From the human T2T-CHM13v2.0 reference genome, Homo sapiens, in assembly GCF_009914755.1 (NCBI RefSeq), contig NC_060940.1: a stretch of 64,000 nt of DNA; one strand, written 5' to 3'. The notes beneath the pieces are model-generated. The model was not told the origin of the DNA and made no database searches. It was given only the letters and a program-made list of their open reading frames with translations. Made by a program: the position numbers and the translations under genes. Shown here piece after piece: positions 44,898 through 59,700 of the stretch; the stretch's first letter is position 1; the number at the start of each line of letters is the position of its first letter.

Positions 44898-46728
44898 GAG
44901 TCTATTTATGTATTATATTCGTGTCCACTTCATGATTCCATTCAATTCCATTTAATGTTGATTCCATTTGATTCCATTTGATGATTCAGTTCGATTCCTT
45001 GCAATGATTCCCTACGATTCCTTTCTATGATGATTCCATTCGATTCCATTCATTGATGATTTCATTCGACTCCATTCGATGATGATTCCTTTCGATTCCA
45101 TTTGACGATGTTTCCATTCGAGTCCATTCGATGATGATTCTATTCAATTCTGTTCTATTATGATTCCATTCGATTTCATTCAATGCTTCTATTTGATTCC
45201 ATTCGATGATGATTCCATCTCTTTCCCTTCGATGATTCCATTTGATTCCATTCAGTGATGATTCCATTGGATTCCATCTGATGATGATTTCACTTGATTC
45301 CTTTCAATGATGATTCAATTCAAGTCCATTCGATGATTCCATTGGAGTCCAAACGATCATTCCGTTCGATTCCATTCAATGGTGATTCCATTCATGTCCA
45401 TTCGATGAATCCATTCAATTCCATTCGATGATGACTCCATTCGAGTACATTCGATGATTCCATTTGATTCCATTTGAAGATGATTCCATTCAATTCCATT
45501 CGAAGATGATTCCATTCAATTCCATTCGATGATGATTCCGTATGAATCCATTCTCTGATTATTCCATTCGATTCCATTCATTGACGATTCCATTCAATTC
45601 CATTCAATGATGATTCTCTTCTATTCCATTCGATGATTCCGGTCGATTCCATTCGATGATGATTCCATTAGATTCCATTCGATTGTTGCATTCGATTCCC
45701 TTCGATGATGATTCCTTTGAATTCCATTCGATTATCATTCCGTATGAATCCATTTGATGATTATTCCATTGGATTCCTTTCGATGATGATTCCATTTGAT
45801 TCCATTTGATGATGTTTCTCTTGTATTCCATTGGATAATTCCTTTCAGTTCCCTTCGATGATTATTCTTTCGAGTCAATTCGATGATTCTATTCCATTCC
45901 CTTCGATGATGATTCCATTTCACTCCATTTGATGATTCCATTCGACTCAATTTGGTGATGATTCAATTCGATGACATTCGATGACTCCATTCAATTTCAT
46001 TTGATGATGATTACATTCGAGTCCATTTGATGATTGTATTCCTTTCCTTTTGATGATTATTCCATTCGTGTCTATTCAAAGGTTCCATTCTATTCCATTC
46101 AATGATGATTGCATTTGATTCCATTCAATGATTATGGCTATCGATTCCACTCGTTGATTCCATTTGATTCTGTTCGATGATTATTCCGTTAGATTCCATT
46201 AGAAGATTCCATTCGATTTTATTCAATGATTCCAATGGATTCCATTCAATGATGATTCCATTCGACTCCATTCAGTGATTCCATTCGAGTCCATTTGATG
46301 ATTCCATTCTTTTCCATTTGATGATGATTCCATTAGGGTCCATTCAATGATTCCATTCGAGTCCATTCGTTAATTCCTTTCGAGTCCTTTTGATCACTAC
46401 ATTCGAGTCCATTCAATGATTCTATTCGATTCCATTCCATGATGATTCCATTCGAGTTCATTCGATGATTGCATTCGAGTCCATTTGATGATTCCATATG
46501 ATTCCCTTCGACAATGATTCCATTCGTGTCCATTTGATGATTCCATTCATTTCCTATCGATGAAGATTCCATTCAAGTGTATTCGATGATTCCATTCAAA
46601 TCCATTCAATGATGATTCCATTCCAGTCCATTCGATCATTCCACTTGATTCCATTTGATGACTATTCCATTCAAATCCATTTGATGATTCCATTCGATTC
46701 CATTCGATGTTACCATTCGAGTATATAC
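44898..46728 (+). repeat. Segment X copy 3
   Basis: Offset 18,033 from copy 2, same termini. Confidence 0.88.
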
Positions 46729-49700
46729 GATGATTCCACTCGATTCCATTTGATGATTATTCCATTGGAGTCCACTTAGTGAATCCTTTAGATTCTACTG
46801 GAAGATGATTCCATTCGAGTCCATTCGATGATACCATTCAATTCCATTCGTTGATGCTTCCATTCAAGTGCATTCGATGATATCATTCGATTCTATTTGA
46901 TGATAATTCCATTTGATTCCATGCGATGATTCTATTCGATTCCATTCAATGATAATTCCATTCAATTCAGTGATTCCTCTGGACTCCATTTGATGATGAT
47001 TCCATTCAATGATTCCATTCGATTCTATTCGAAAATGATTCCATTTGAATCCATTTGATGATGATTCCATTGGATTCCATTTGATGATTCCATTCGATTC
47101 CATTCGATGATGATTCCATTCGATTCCTTTTGATGAATCCATTTTATTGTATTCGATGATGATTCCATTCGATTCCATTCGATGATTATTGGATTCGATT
47201 CCATTTGATGATTTCATTTGATTCCATTCGATAAGGATTTCGATCAATTCCATTCGATGATTCCATTCGATTCCATTCGATAATGATTACATCTGAGTCC
47301 ATTCGATGATTCCATTTGAGCCCGTTCGATAATTCCATTTGAGTCCAATCAATGATTCCATTCATTTCCATTCAATGATTCCATTCGAGTCCATTTGATC
47401 ATTCCGGTAGGGTCCGTTCGATGTTGATTCCATTGGAGTGCATTCGATGATTCCATTCGAGTCCATTTTAGGATTTGATTCGAGTCCTTTCGATGATTCC
47501 ATTCGATTCCACTCGATGATTTCATTCGAGTCCATTCGACACTTCCAATCGATTCCATTTGATGTTTCCATTCGATTCCAATTGATGATTCCATTCAATT
47601 CCATTCGATGATGATTCCGTACGATTCCATTCTGTGATGATTCCATGTGATTGCATTCAATGATGATTCCTTTCGATTGCATTCGATTATGATTCATTTC
47701 GTGTTCATTCTATGGTTCCACAGGTTTCCATTCGATGATGTTTCCATTCGTGTCCATTCCATTATTCCATTCTATTCCATTTGAAGATGATTCCATTCGA
47801 TTCCATTCATTGGTGATTCCACTCAATTCCATTCAATGATTCCATTCCATTTCTTTCAACAATGATTCCATTAGTTTCTATTCGATGATCCACTTGATTC
47901 CATTTGACGATGATTCCATTCGTGTCCATTCGATGATTCCATTTGATTCCATATGATGATGATTCCATTCGATTCCATACGATGATGATTCCATTCGAGT
48001 CCATTCAATGGTGATTCCATTCAATTCCATTCGATGATTCCTTTCGATTCCATTCAATGATGATGGCATTCGATTCCTTTCGATCATTCCCTTTGATTCC
48101 ATTCAAAGGTGATTTCATTCAAGTCCATTCGATAATTGCATTCGATTCCATTCTATGATGATTCCATTCGAGTCCATTTGATGATTCCATTCAATTCAAG
48201 TCAATGATGATTCCATTCGATTCCACTCGATGATTCCATTGGATTCCATTCGATGATGATTCCATTCAAATCCATTCGATAATTCAATTCAAGTCCATTC
48301 GATGATGATTCCAATCGAATCCATTCAAAGATTCCACTCAATTCCATTCGATGATGATTCCCTTAGATTCCATTCGATGATTCCACTTGATTCCATTTAC
48401 GATGATTCCATTCGATTCCATGTGATGATTCCATTCAATTCTATTCAATGATGTTTCCACTTGATTCCATTCGAACATGATTGCCTTTGATTCCATTCAA
48501 TGATTCCATACGGTTCCATTTGATGATGATTCCATTCGAGTGCATTAGATGATTCCATTCGAGTCCATTCGATGATTCCATTCGATTCCATTCGATGTTG
48601 ATTCTGTTCAAATCCATTTGATGATTCCACTCGATTCCATTCGATGACTCCATTTGATCCCATTCGATGATTTCCTTTGATTCCCTTTGATGATCATTCC
48701 ATTTGATTCAATTCGGTGATTTCATTTGATTCCATTCAGTGATGTTTCCATTCAACTCCTTTCGATGATGATTCCATTCGACTCCATTCGATTATGATTT
48801 CATTCAATTCCATTCGATAATGATTCCCTTCAAGTCCATTCGATGATTCCATTCGATTCCATTCAACGATGATTTGATTCGTGTCCATTCGATGATTCCA
48901 TTTGATTCCATTTGATGATGATTCCATTCGAGTCCATTTGATGATTCCATTCAATTCCATTCTCCGATGATTTCTTTTGAGCCCATTCAATGCTTCCACT
49001 CGATTCCATATGATGATGACTCCATTTGATGAAATTCCATGATGATTCCATTCGCTTGCATTCGATGATGATTCCACTTGAGTCCGTTAGAAGATTCTAT
49101 TCAATTACATTCCATGACGATTCTGTTCGAGTCCATTTGATGATTCCATTAGACTCCATTCGACGATGATTCCATTCGATGTTATTCGATGATGATTCCA
49201 TTCAACTCCATTCGATGTTTCCATTCGAGTTCATTCTATTATTCCATTAGATTCCATTCGATGATGATTCCATTCGATTCCATTTGATGATTGCATTCTA
49301 TTTCATTTGATGATGATTCCATTCGAGTCCATTCGATGATTCCATTCGAGTCCATTTAATTAATCCATTGGTTTCAATTCTATGATGATTACATTGGATT
49401 CCATTCGTTGATGATTTCATTCGATTCCATTCAATGATGATTCCATTCAATTCCATTCAATGATTCCATTCAATTCCATACGATGATGATTCCATTTGAT
49501 TTGATTCGACAGTGAGCCATTCGATTCAATTCCATGATGATTCTATTTTATTCAATTGGTTGACATTTCCATTCGATTCCATTCGATGATGATTCCCTTT
49601 GATTCCATTCAAAGATGATTCCATTCTAGCCCATTCAATCATTCCATTCGATTCTATTCAATGATGATACCATTCATGTCGATTTGGTGATTCCATTTGA

Positions 49701-52207
49701 CTTCATTTGATGATGATTCCTTTCAAGTTCATTAGATGATTCCATTCGATTCCATTTGATGATGATCCCATTCGAGTCCATTTGATGATTCCACTCGTTT
49801 CCATTCCATGATGATTCCATTCCATTCCATTCAATGATTCCATTCGATTCCGTTTGATGATGATTTCATTCGAGTCCATTTGATGATTCCATTTGATTCC
49901 ATTCGATGATGATTACATTCGAGTCCATACGATGATTCCACTCAATTCCATATGATGATGATTCCATTCGATTCCATTCGATGATTCCATTCTATTCTAT
50001 TCAATGGTGATTCCATTCGAGTACATTAGATGATTCCATTCGATTCCATTCAATGATGATTCTATTTGTGTCCCTTAGATGGTTCCACATGATTCCATTT
50101 CATGATGATACTATTTGAGCCCATCCAATGATTCCCTTCGATTCCATTCGATGAGGATTCCATTCGATTCAATTCATTGGTGATTCTATTCAATTCAATT
50201 CTTTGATTCCATTCCATTCCATTCGACAATGATTCCATTCGATTTCTTTCGATGATTCCACTCGATTCCACTTGACATTGATTCCATTCGATTCCATTCA
50301 ATGATTCCGTTTGATTCCAGTGGATGATGATTGCCATCGATTCCATTCGATCACTCCATTCTATTCCATTTGATGATGATTACATTCGATTCCATTTGAT
50401 GATTCCATCTGATTCTATTCGAGGATTCCATTTGATTCCATTCGATGATGATTCCATTCGAGTGCATTCGATGATTTCATTCGAGTACATCCAATGATTC
50501 CATTCGAGTCCATTTGATGATTCCATTTAATTCCATTTGATTATGATTCTACTAGAGTCCATTCAATGACTCCATTCGAATCCATTCAACAATTCCATTC
50601 GAGGCCATTCGATGATTCCATTTCATGATTCCATTCGAGTCCATTTAATCATTACAGTCGAGTCCATTTGGTGATTCCACTGGATTTCTTTTGATAATGA
50701 TACCATTCAATTACATTTGATGATGATCCCATTCAATTTCATTTGATGGTGATTCCATTAGAGTCCATTCGATGATTTCATTCGAGTCCCTTCATTGATT
50801 CCATCCGATTTCATTGGATGATGACTCCATTCGAGTCCATTCGATGATTCCACTCGATTCCATTAGATGATTCCATTGGAGTCCATTTGATTGTTCCATT
50901 CGATTCTATTCGATTCCTTTCGAAGATTATTCCATTTGAGTCCATTCGATGATGATTCCATTCCATTCCATTCGATGATTCCGTTTGATTCCATTCGATG
51001 ATTCCCTTCGATTCCTTTCTTTGATGATTCCATTCCATTCCATTCAATGATTCCATTCGAATCTATTCCATGATGATTCCTTTCGATTCCATTCGCTGAT
51101 GTTTCCGTTCAATTCCATTCGATGATGATTCCATTCGATTCCATTCATTGAGGATTCCATTTGATTCCATTCAATGATGATTCCATTCTATTCCATTCAA
51201 TGATTGCATTCAATTCCATTCAATGATTATCCCATTAGAGTAAACTCAACGATTCCATTCAATACCATTCGATGATGATTCCTTTTGAGTCCATTCAATG
51301 ATTTCATTCAAGTCCATTTGATGATTCCTTTCAATTCCATTCTATGATGATTCCATTCGAGTCCATTCGATGATTCCATTCGATTGCATTCGATGATTCC
51401 ATTATATTCCAGTCAACGATGATTCCATTCGAGTCCATTCCATGATTCCATTAGAGTAAATTTAATGATTGCTTTGTTTTCAATTCGAAGATGATTACAT
51501 TGGATTCCATTCTATGATACCATTCGATTCCATTCAATGATGATTCCACTGAAATCCATTGGATGATTCCATTCGTGTCCATTCGGTGATTTCATTAGAT
51601 TCCATTCGAGGATGATTCCATTCGATTCCATTCGATGATTCCATTCAATTCCATTCGATGATGATTCCATTCCAGTCCATATGATCATTCCATTTGATTT
51701 CATTCGATGATGATTCCATTCGATTCCATTCGATGATTCCATTCTATTCCATTCGATGATGATTCCATTCGAGTCCATTCGATGATTCCATTCGAGTCCA
51801 TTTAATGATTCCATTGGGTTCAATTCAATGATGATTACATTGGATTCCGTTCTATGATTCCATTCAATTCCGTTCATTGACAATTTGATTCCATTCGATG
51901 ATGATTCCATTTGAGTTCATTCGATGATTCTATTCGATTCTCTTCGATGGTGATTCAATTCTATTGTATTGGATGATTCCATTCGATTCCATTTGATGTT
52001 GATTCAATTCGATTCTATTCGATGATGATTCCATTGGATTTCACTTGATGATTCTATTCGATTCCATTCAATGATGATTCACTTCTCGTCCATTGGATGA
52101 TTCCATTTCATTCCATTCGATGATGATTCCATTCGATTCCATTCGATGATTCCATTTGATTCCATGCGACGGTGAGCAATTCGATTCAATTCCATGATGA
52201 TTCTATT

Positions 52208-52218
52208 TGATTCAATTA
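52208..52218 (-). promoter_or_regulatory. Candidate DUX4 binding motif TAATTGAATCA
   Basis: Identical motif at the homologous unit position. Confidence 0.5.
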
Positions 52219-54880
52219 GATGATGTTTCCATTCGAATCCATTCCATGATTATTCCATTGGAATCCATTTGGCGATGATTCCATATGAGTCAATTCAATG
52301 ATGATTCCATATGGGTCCGTTCGATGATAATTCCATTTGATTTCATTCGATGCTTCTATTCTATTCCAGTCGATGATGATTCCGTTGTAGTCCATACGAT
52401 GATTCCATTTGATTTCATTTGATGATGATTCCATTCGATGATGATTACATTGGATTCCATTCTATGATTCCATTCAATTCCATTCGTTGATGATTCGATT
52501 CCATTCAATGATGATTCCATTTGAGTTCATTCGATGATTCTATTCGATTCCGTTCGATGGTGATTCAATTCTATTATATTGGATGATTCCACTCGATTCC
52601 ATTTGATGATTATTCCATTGGAGTCCACTTAGTGAATCCTTTAGATTCTACTCGACGATGATTCCATTCGAGTCCATTCGATGATACCATTCAATTCCAT
52701 TCGTTGATGCTTCCATTCAAGTGCATTCGATGATATCATTCGATTCCATTTGATGATAATTCCATTTGATTCCGTGCGATGATTCTATTCGATTCCATTC
52801 AATGATAATTCCATTCAATTCAGTGATTCCTCTGGACTCCATTTGATGATGATTCCATTCAATGATTCCATTCGATTCTATTCCAAAATGATAACATTTG
52901 AATCCATTTGATGATGATTCCATTAGATTCCATTTGATGATTCCATTCGATTGCATTTGACGATGATTCCATTCGATTCCATTTGATGATTCCATTCTAT
53001 TCTATTCGATGATGATTCCATTCGATTCCATTTGATGATGATTGGATTCGATTCCATTTGATGATTTCATTTGATTCCATTCGTTAATGATTTCGATCAA
53101 CTCCATTCGATGATTCCATTTGATTCCATTCGATAATGATTACATCCGAGTCCATTCGATGATTCCATTTGAGCCCGTTCGATAATTCCATTTGAGTCCA
53201 ATCAATGATTCCATTCATTTCCATTCAATGATTCCATTCGAGTCCATTTGATCATTCTGGTAGGGTCCGTTCGATGTTGATTCCATTGGAGTGCATTCGA
53301 TGATTCCATTCGAGTCCATTTTATGATTTGATTCGAGTCCTTTCGATGATTCCATTCGATTCCACTCGATGATGATTTCATTCGAGTCCATTCGACACTT
53401 CCAATCGATTCCATTTGATGTTTCCATTCGAGTCCAATTGATGATTCCATTCAATTCCATTCGATGATGATTCCGTACGATTCCATTCTGTGATGATTCC
53501 ATGTGATTGCATTCCATGATGATTCCTTTCGATTGCATTCGATTATGATTCATTTCGTGTTCATTCTACGGTTCCACAGGTTACCATTCGATGACGTTTC
53601 CGTTCGTGTCCATTCCATTATTCCATTCTATTTCATTTGATGATGATTCCATTCGATTCCATTCATTGGTGATTCCACTCAATTCCACTCAATGATTCCA
53701 TTCCATTTCTTTCAACAATGATTCCATTAGTTTCTATTCGATGATCCACTTGATTCCATTTGGCGATGATTCCATTCGTGTCCATTCGATGATTCCATTT
53801 GATTCCATATGATGATGATTCCATTCGATTCCATACCATGATGATTCCATTCGAGTCCATTCAATGGTGATTCCATTCAATTCCATTCGATGATTCCTTC
53901 CGATTCCATTCGATGATGATGGCATTCGATTCCTTTCAATCATTCCCTTTGATTCCATTCAAAGGTGATTTCATTCAAGTCCATTCGATAATTGCATTCG
54001 ATTCCATTCTATGATGATTCCATTCGAGTCCATTTGATGATTCCATTCAGTTCAAGTCAATGATGATTCCATTCAATTCCACTCGATGATTCCATTGGAT
54101 TCCATTCGATGATGATTCCATTCAAATCCATTCGATAATTCAATTCAAGTCCATTCGATGATGATTCCAATCGAATCCATTCAAAGATTCCATTCAATTC
54201 CATTCGATGATGATTCCCTTAGATTCCATTCGATGATTCCACTTGATTCCATTTACGATGATTCCATTCGATTCCATGTGATGAATCCATTCAATTCTAT
54301 TCAATGATGTTTCCATTTGATTCCATTGGACCATGATTGCCTTTGATTCCATTCAATGATTCCATTCGGTTCCATTTGATGATGATTCCGTTCGATTCCA
54401 TTTCATTATTCCATTTGATTCCATTGGATGAGTCCATTCGATTACATTCGATGATTATTCCATTCGAGTGCATTAGATGATTGCATTCGAGTCCATTCGA
54501 TGATTCCATTCGATTCCATTCGATGTTGATTCTGTTCAAATCCATTCGATGATTCCACTCGATTCCAATCGATGACTCCATTTGATCCCATTCGATGATT
54601 TCCTGTGATTCCCTTTGATGATCATTCTATTTGATTCAATTCGGTGATTTCATTTCATTCCATTCAGTGATGTTTCCATTCGACTGTATTCGATGATGAT
54701 TCCATTCGACTCCATTCGATTATGATTTCATTCAATTCCATTCAATAATGATTCCCTTCGAGTCCATTCGATGATTCCATTCGATTCCATTCAACGATGA
54801 TTTGATTCGTTTCCATTCGATGATTCCATTTGATTCCACTTGATGATGATTCCATTCGAGTCCATTTGATGATTCCATTC

Positions 54881-56711
54881 GAGTCTATTTATGTATTATA
54901 TTCGTGTCCACTTCATGATTCCATTCAATTCCATTTAATGTTGATTCCATTTGATTCCATTTGATGATTCAGTTCGATTCCTTGCAATGATTCCCTACGA
55001 TTCCTTTCTATGATGATTCCATTCGATTCCATTCATTGATGATTTCATTCGACTCCATTCGATGATGATTCCTTTCGATTCCATTTGACGATGTTTCCAT
55101 TCGAGTCCATTCGATGATGATTCTATTCAATTCTGTTCTATTATGATTCCATTCGATTTCATTCAATGCTTCTATTTGATTCCATTCGATGATGATTCCA
55201 TCTCTTTCCCTTCGATGATTCCATTTGATTCCATTCAGTGATGATTCCATTTGATTCCATCTGATGATGATTTCACTTGATTCCTTTCAATGATGATTCA
55301 ATTCAAGTCCATTCGATGATTCCATTGGAGTCCAAACGATCATTCCGTTCGATTCCATTCAATGGTGATTCCATTCATGTCCATTCGATGAATCCATTCA
55401 ATTCCATTCGATGATGACTCCATTCGAGTACATTCGATGATTCCATTTGATTCCATTTGAAGATGATTCCATTCAATTCCATTCGAAGATGATTCCATTC
55501 AATTCCATTCGATGATGATTCCGTATGAATCCATTCTCTGATTATTCCATTCGATTCCATTCATTAACGATTCCATTCAATTCCATTCAATGATGATTCT
55601 CTTCTATTCCATTCGATGATTCCGGTCGATTCCATTCGATGATGATTCCATTAGATTCCATTCGATTGTTGCATTCGATTCCCTTCGATGATGATTCCTT
55701 TGAATTCCATTCGATTATCATTCCGTATGAATCCATTTGATGATTATTCCATTGGATTCCTTTCGATGATGATTCCATTCGATTCCATTTGATGATGTTT
55801 CTCTTGTATTCCATTGGATAATTCCTTTCCGTTCCCTTCGATGATTATTCTTTCGAGTCAATTCGATGATTCTATTCCATTCCCTTCGATGATGATTCCA
55901 TTTCACTCCATTTGATGATTCCATTCGACTCAATTTGGTGATGATTCAATTCGATGACATTCGATGACTCCATTCAATTTCATTTGATGATGATTACATT
56001 CGAGTCCATTTGATGATTGTATTCCTTTCCTTTTGATGATTATTCCATTCGTGTCTATTCAAAGGTTCCATTCTATTCCATTCAATGATGATTGCATTTG
56101 ATTCCATTCAATGATTATGGCTATCGATTCCACTCGTTGATTCCATTTGATTCCGTTCGATGATTATTCCGTTAGATTCCATTAGAAGATTCCATTCGAT
56201 TTTATTCAATGATTCCAATGGATTCCATTCAATGATGATTCCATTCGACTCCATTCAGTGATTCCATTCGAGTCCATTTGATGATCCCATTCTTTTCCAT
56301 TTGATGATGATTCCATTAGGGTCCATTCAATGATTCCATTCGAGTCCATTCGTTAATGCCTTTCGAGTCCTTTTGATCACTACATTCGAGTCCATTCAAT
56401 GATTCTATTCGATTCCATTCCATGATGATTCCATTCGAGTTCATTCGATGATTGCATTCGAGTCCATTTGATGATTCCATATGATTCCCTTCGACAATGA
56501 TTCCATTCGTGTCCATTTGATGATTCCATTCATTTCCTATCGATGAAGATTCCATTCAAGTGTATTCGATGATTCCATTCAAATCCATTCGATGATGATT
56601 CCATTCCAGTCCATTCGATCATTCCACTTGATTCCATTTGATGACTATTCCATTCAAATCCATTTGATGATTCCATTCGATTCCATTCGATGTTACCATT
56701 CGAGTATATAC
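54881..56711 (+). repeat. Segment X copy 4
   Basis: Offset 9,983 from copy 3, same termini. Confidence 0.88.
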
Positions 56712-59700
56712 GATGATTCCACTCGATTCCATTTGATGATTATTCCATTGGAGTCCACTTAGTGAATCCTTTAGATTCTACTGGAAGATGATTCCATTCG
56801 AGTCCATTCGATGATACCATTCAATTCCATTCGTTGATGCTTCCATTCAAGTGCATTCGATGATATCATTCGATTCCATTTGATGATAATTCCATTTGAT
56901 TCCATGCGATGATTCTATTCGATTCCATTCAATGATAATTCCATTCAATTCAGTGATTCCTCTGGACTCCATTTGATGATGATTCCATTCAATGATTCCA
57001 TTCGATTCTATTCGAAAATGATTCCATTTGAATCCATTTGATGATGATTCCATTGGATTCCATTTGATGATTCCATTCGATTCCATTCGATGATGATTCC
57101 ATTCGATTCCTTTTGATGATTCCATTCTATTGTATTCGATGATGATTCCATTCAATTCCATTCGATGATGATTGGATTCGATTCCATTTGATGATTTCAT
57201 TTGATTCCATTCGATAATGATTTCGATCAATTCCATTCGATGATTCCATTCGATTCCATTCGATAATGATTACATCCGAGTCCATTCGATGATTCCATTT
57301 GAGCCCGTTCGATAATTCCATTTGAGTCCAATCAATGATTCCATTCATTTCCATTCAATGATTCCATTCGAGTCCATTTGATCATTCCGGTAGGGTCCGT
57401 TCGATGTTGATTCCATTGGAGTGCATTCGATGATTCCATTCGAGTCCATTTTAGGATTTGATTCGAGTCCTTTCGATGATTCCATTCGATTCCACTCGAT
57501 GATTTCATTCGAGTCCATTCGACACTTCCAATCGATTCCATTTGATGATTCCATTCGAGTCCAATTGATGATTCCATTCAATTCCATTCGAGGATGATTC
57601 CGTACGATTCCATTCTGTGATGATTCCATGTGATTGCATTCAATGATGATTCCTTTCGATTGCATTCGATTATGATTCATTTCGTGTTCATTCTATGGTT
57701 CCACAGGTTTCCATTCGATGATGTTTCCATTCGTGTCCATTCCATTATTCCATTCTATTCCATTTGAAGATGATTCCATTCGATTCCATTCATTGGTGAT
57801 TCCACTCAATTCCATTCAATGATTCCATTCCATTTCTTTCAACAATGATTCCATTAGTTTCTATTCGATGATCCACTTGATTCCATTTGACGATGATTCC
57901 ATTCGTGTCCATTCGATGATTCCATTTGATTCCATATGATGATGATTCCATTCGATTCCATACGATGATGATTCCATTCGAGTCCATTCAATGGTGATTC
58001 CATTCAATTCCATTCGATGATTCCTTTCGATTCCATTCAATGATGATGGCATTCGATTCCTTTCGATCATTCCCTTTGATTCCATTCAAAGGTGATTTCA
58101 TTCAAGTCCATTCGATAATTGCATTCGATTCCATTCTATGATGATTCCATTCGAGTCCATTTGATGATTCCATTCAATTCAAGTCAATGATGATTCCATT
58201 CGATTCCACTCGATGATTCCATTGGATTCCATTCGATGATGATTCCATTCAAATCCATTCGATAATTCAATTCAAGTCCATTCGATGATGATTCCAATCG
58301 AATCCATTCAAAGATTCCACTCAATTCCATTCGATGATGATTCCCTTAGATTCCATTCGATGATTCCACTTGATTCCATTTACGATGATTCCATTCGATT
58401 CCATGTGATGATTCCATTCAATTCTATTCAATGATGTTTCCACTTGATTCCATTCGAACATGATTGCCTTTGATTCCATTCAATGATTCCATACGGTTCC
58501 ATTTGATGATGATTCCATTGGAGTGCATTAGATGATTCCATCCGAGTCCATTTGATGATTCCATTCGATTCCATTCGATGTTGATTCTGTTCAAATGCAT
58601 TCGATGATTCCACTCGATTCCATTCGATGACTCCATTTGATCCCATTCGATGATTTCCTTTGATTCCCTTTGATGATCATTCCATTTGATTCAATTCGGT
58701 GATTTCATTTGATTCCATTCAGTGATGTTTCCATTCAACTCCTTTCGATGATGATTCCATTCGACTCCATTCGATTATGATTTCATTCAATTCCATTCGA
58801 TAATGATTCCCTTCAAGTCCATTCGATGATTCCATTCGATTCCATTCAACGATGATTTGATTCGTGTCCATTCGATGATTCCATTTGATTCCATTTGATG
58901 ATGATTCCATTCGAGTCCCTTTGATGATTCCATTCAATTCCATTCTCCGATGATTTCTTTTGAGCCCATTCAATGCTTCCACTCGATTCCATATGATGAT
59001 GACTCCATTTGATGAAATTCCATGATGATTCCATTCGCTTGCATTCGATGATGATTCCACTTGAGTCCGTTAGAAGATTCTATTCAATTACATTCCATGA
59101 CGATTCTGTTCGAGTCCATTTGATGATTCCATTAGACTCCATTCGACGATGATTCCATTCGATGTTATTCGATGATGATTCCATTCAACTCCATTCGATG
59201 TTTCCATTCGAGGTCATTCTATTATTCCATTAGATTCCATTCGATGATGATTCCATTCGATTCCATTTGATGATTGCATTCTATTTCATTTGATGATGAT
59301 TCCATTCGAGTCCATTCGATGATTCCATTCGAGTCCATTTAATGAATCCATTGGTTTCAATTCTATGATGATTACATTGGATTCCATTCGTTGATGATTT
59401 CATTCGATTCCATTCAATGATGATTCCATTCAATTCCATTCAATGATTCCATTCAATTCCATACGATGATGATTCCATTTGATTTGATTCGACAGTGAGC
59501 CATTCGATTCAATTCCATGATGATTCTATTTTATTCAATTGGTTGACATTTCCATTCGATTCCATTCGATGATGATTCCCTTTGATTCCATTCAAAGCTG
59601 ATTCCATTCTAGCCCATTCAATCATTCCATTCGATTCTATTCAATGATGATTCCATTCATGTCGATTTGGTGATTCCATTTGACTTCATTTGATGATGAT

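Larger units (their letters stand above)
41255..51237 (+). repeat. Higher-order unit BC3 (9,983 bp)
   Basis: Landmarks 41255 and 51238. Contains an X copy and the duplicated core. Confidence 0.9.
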
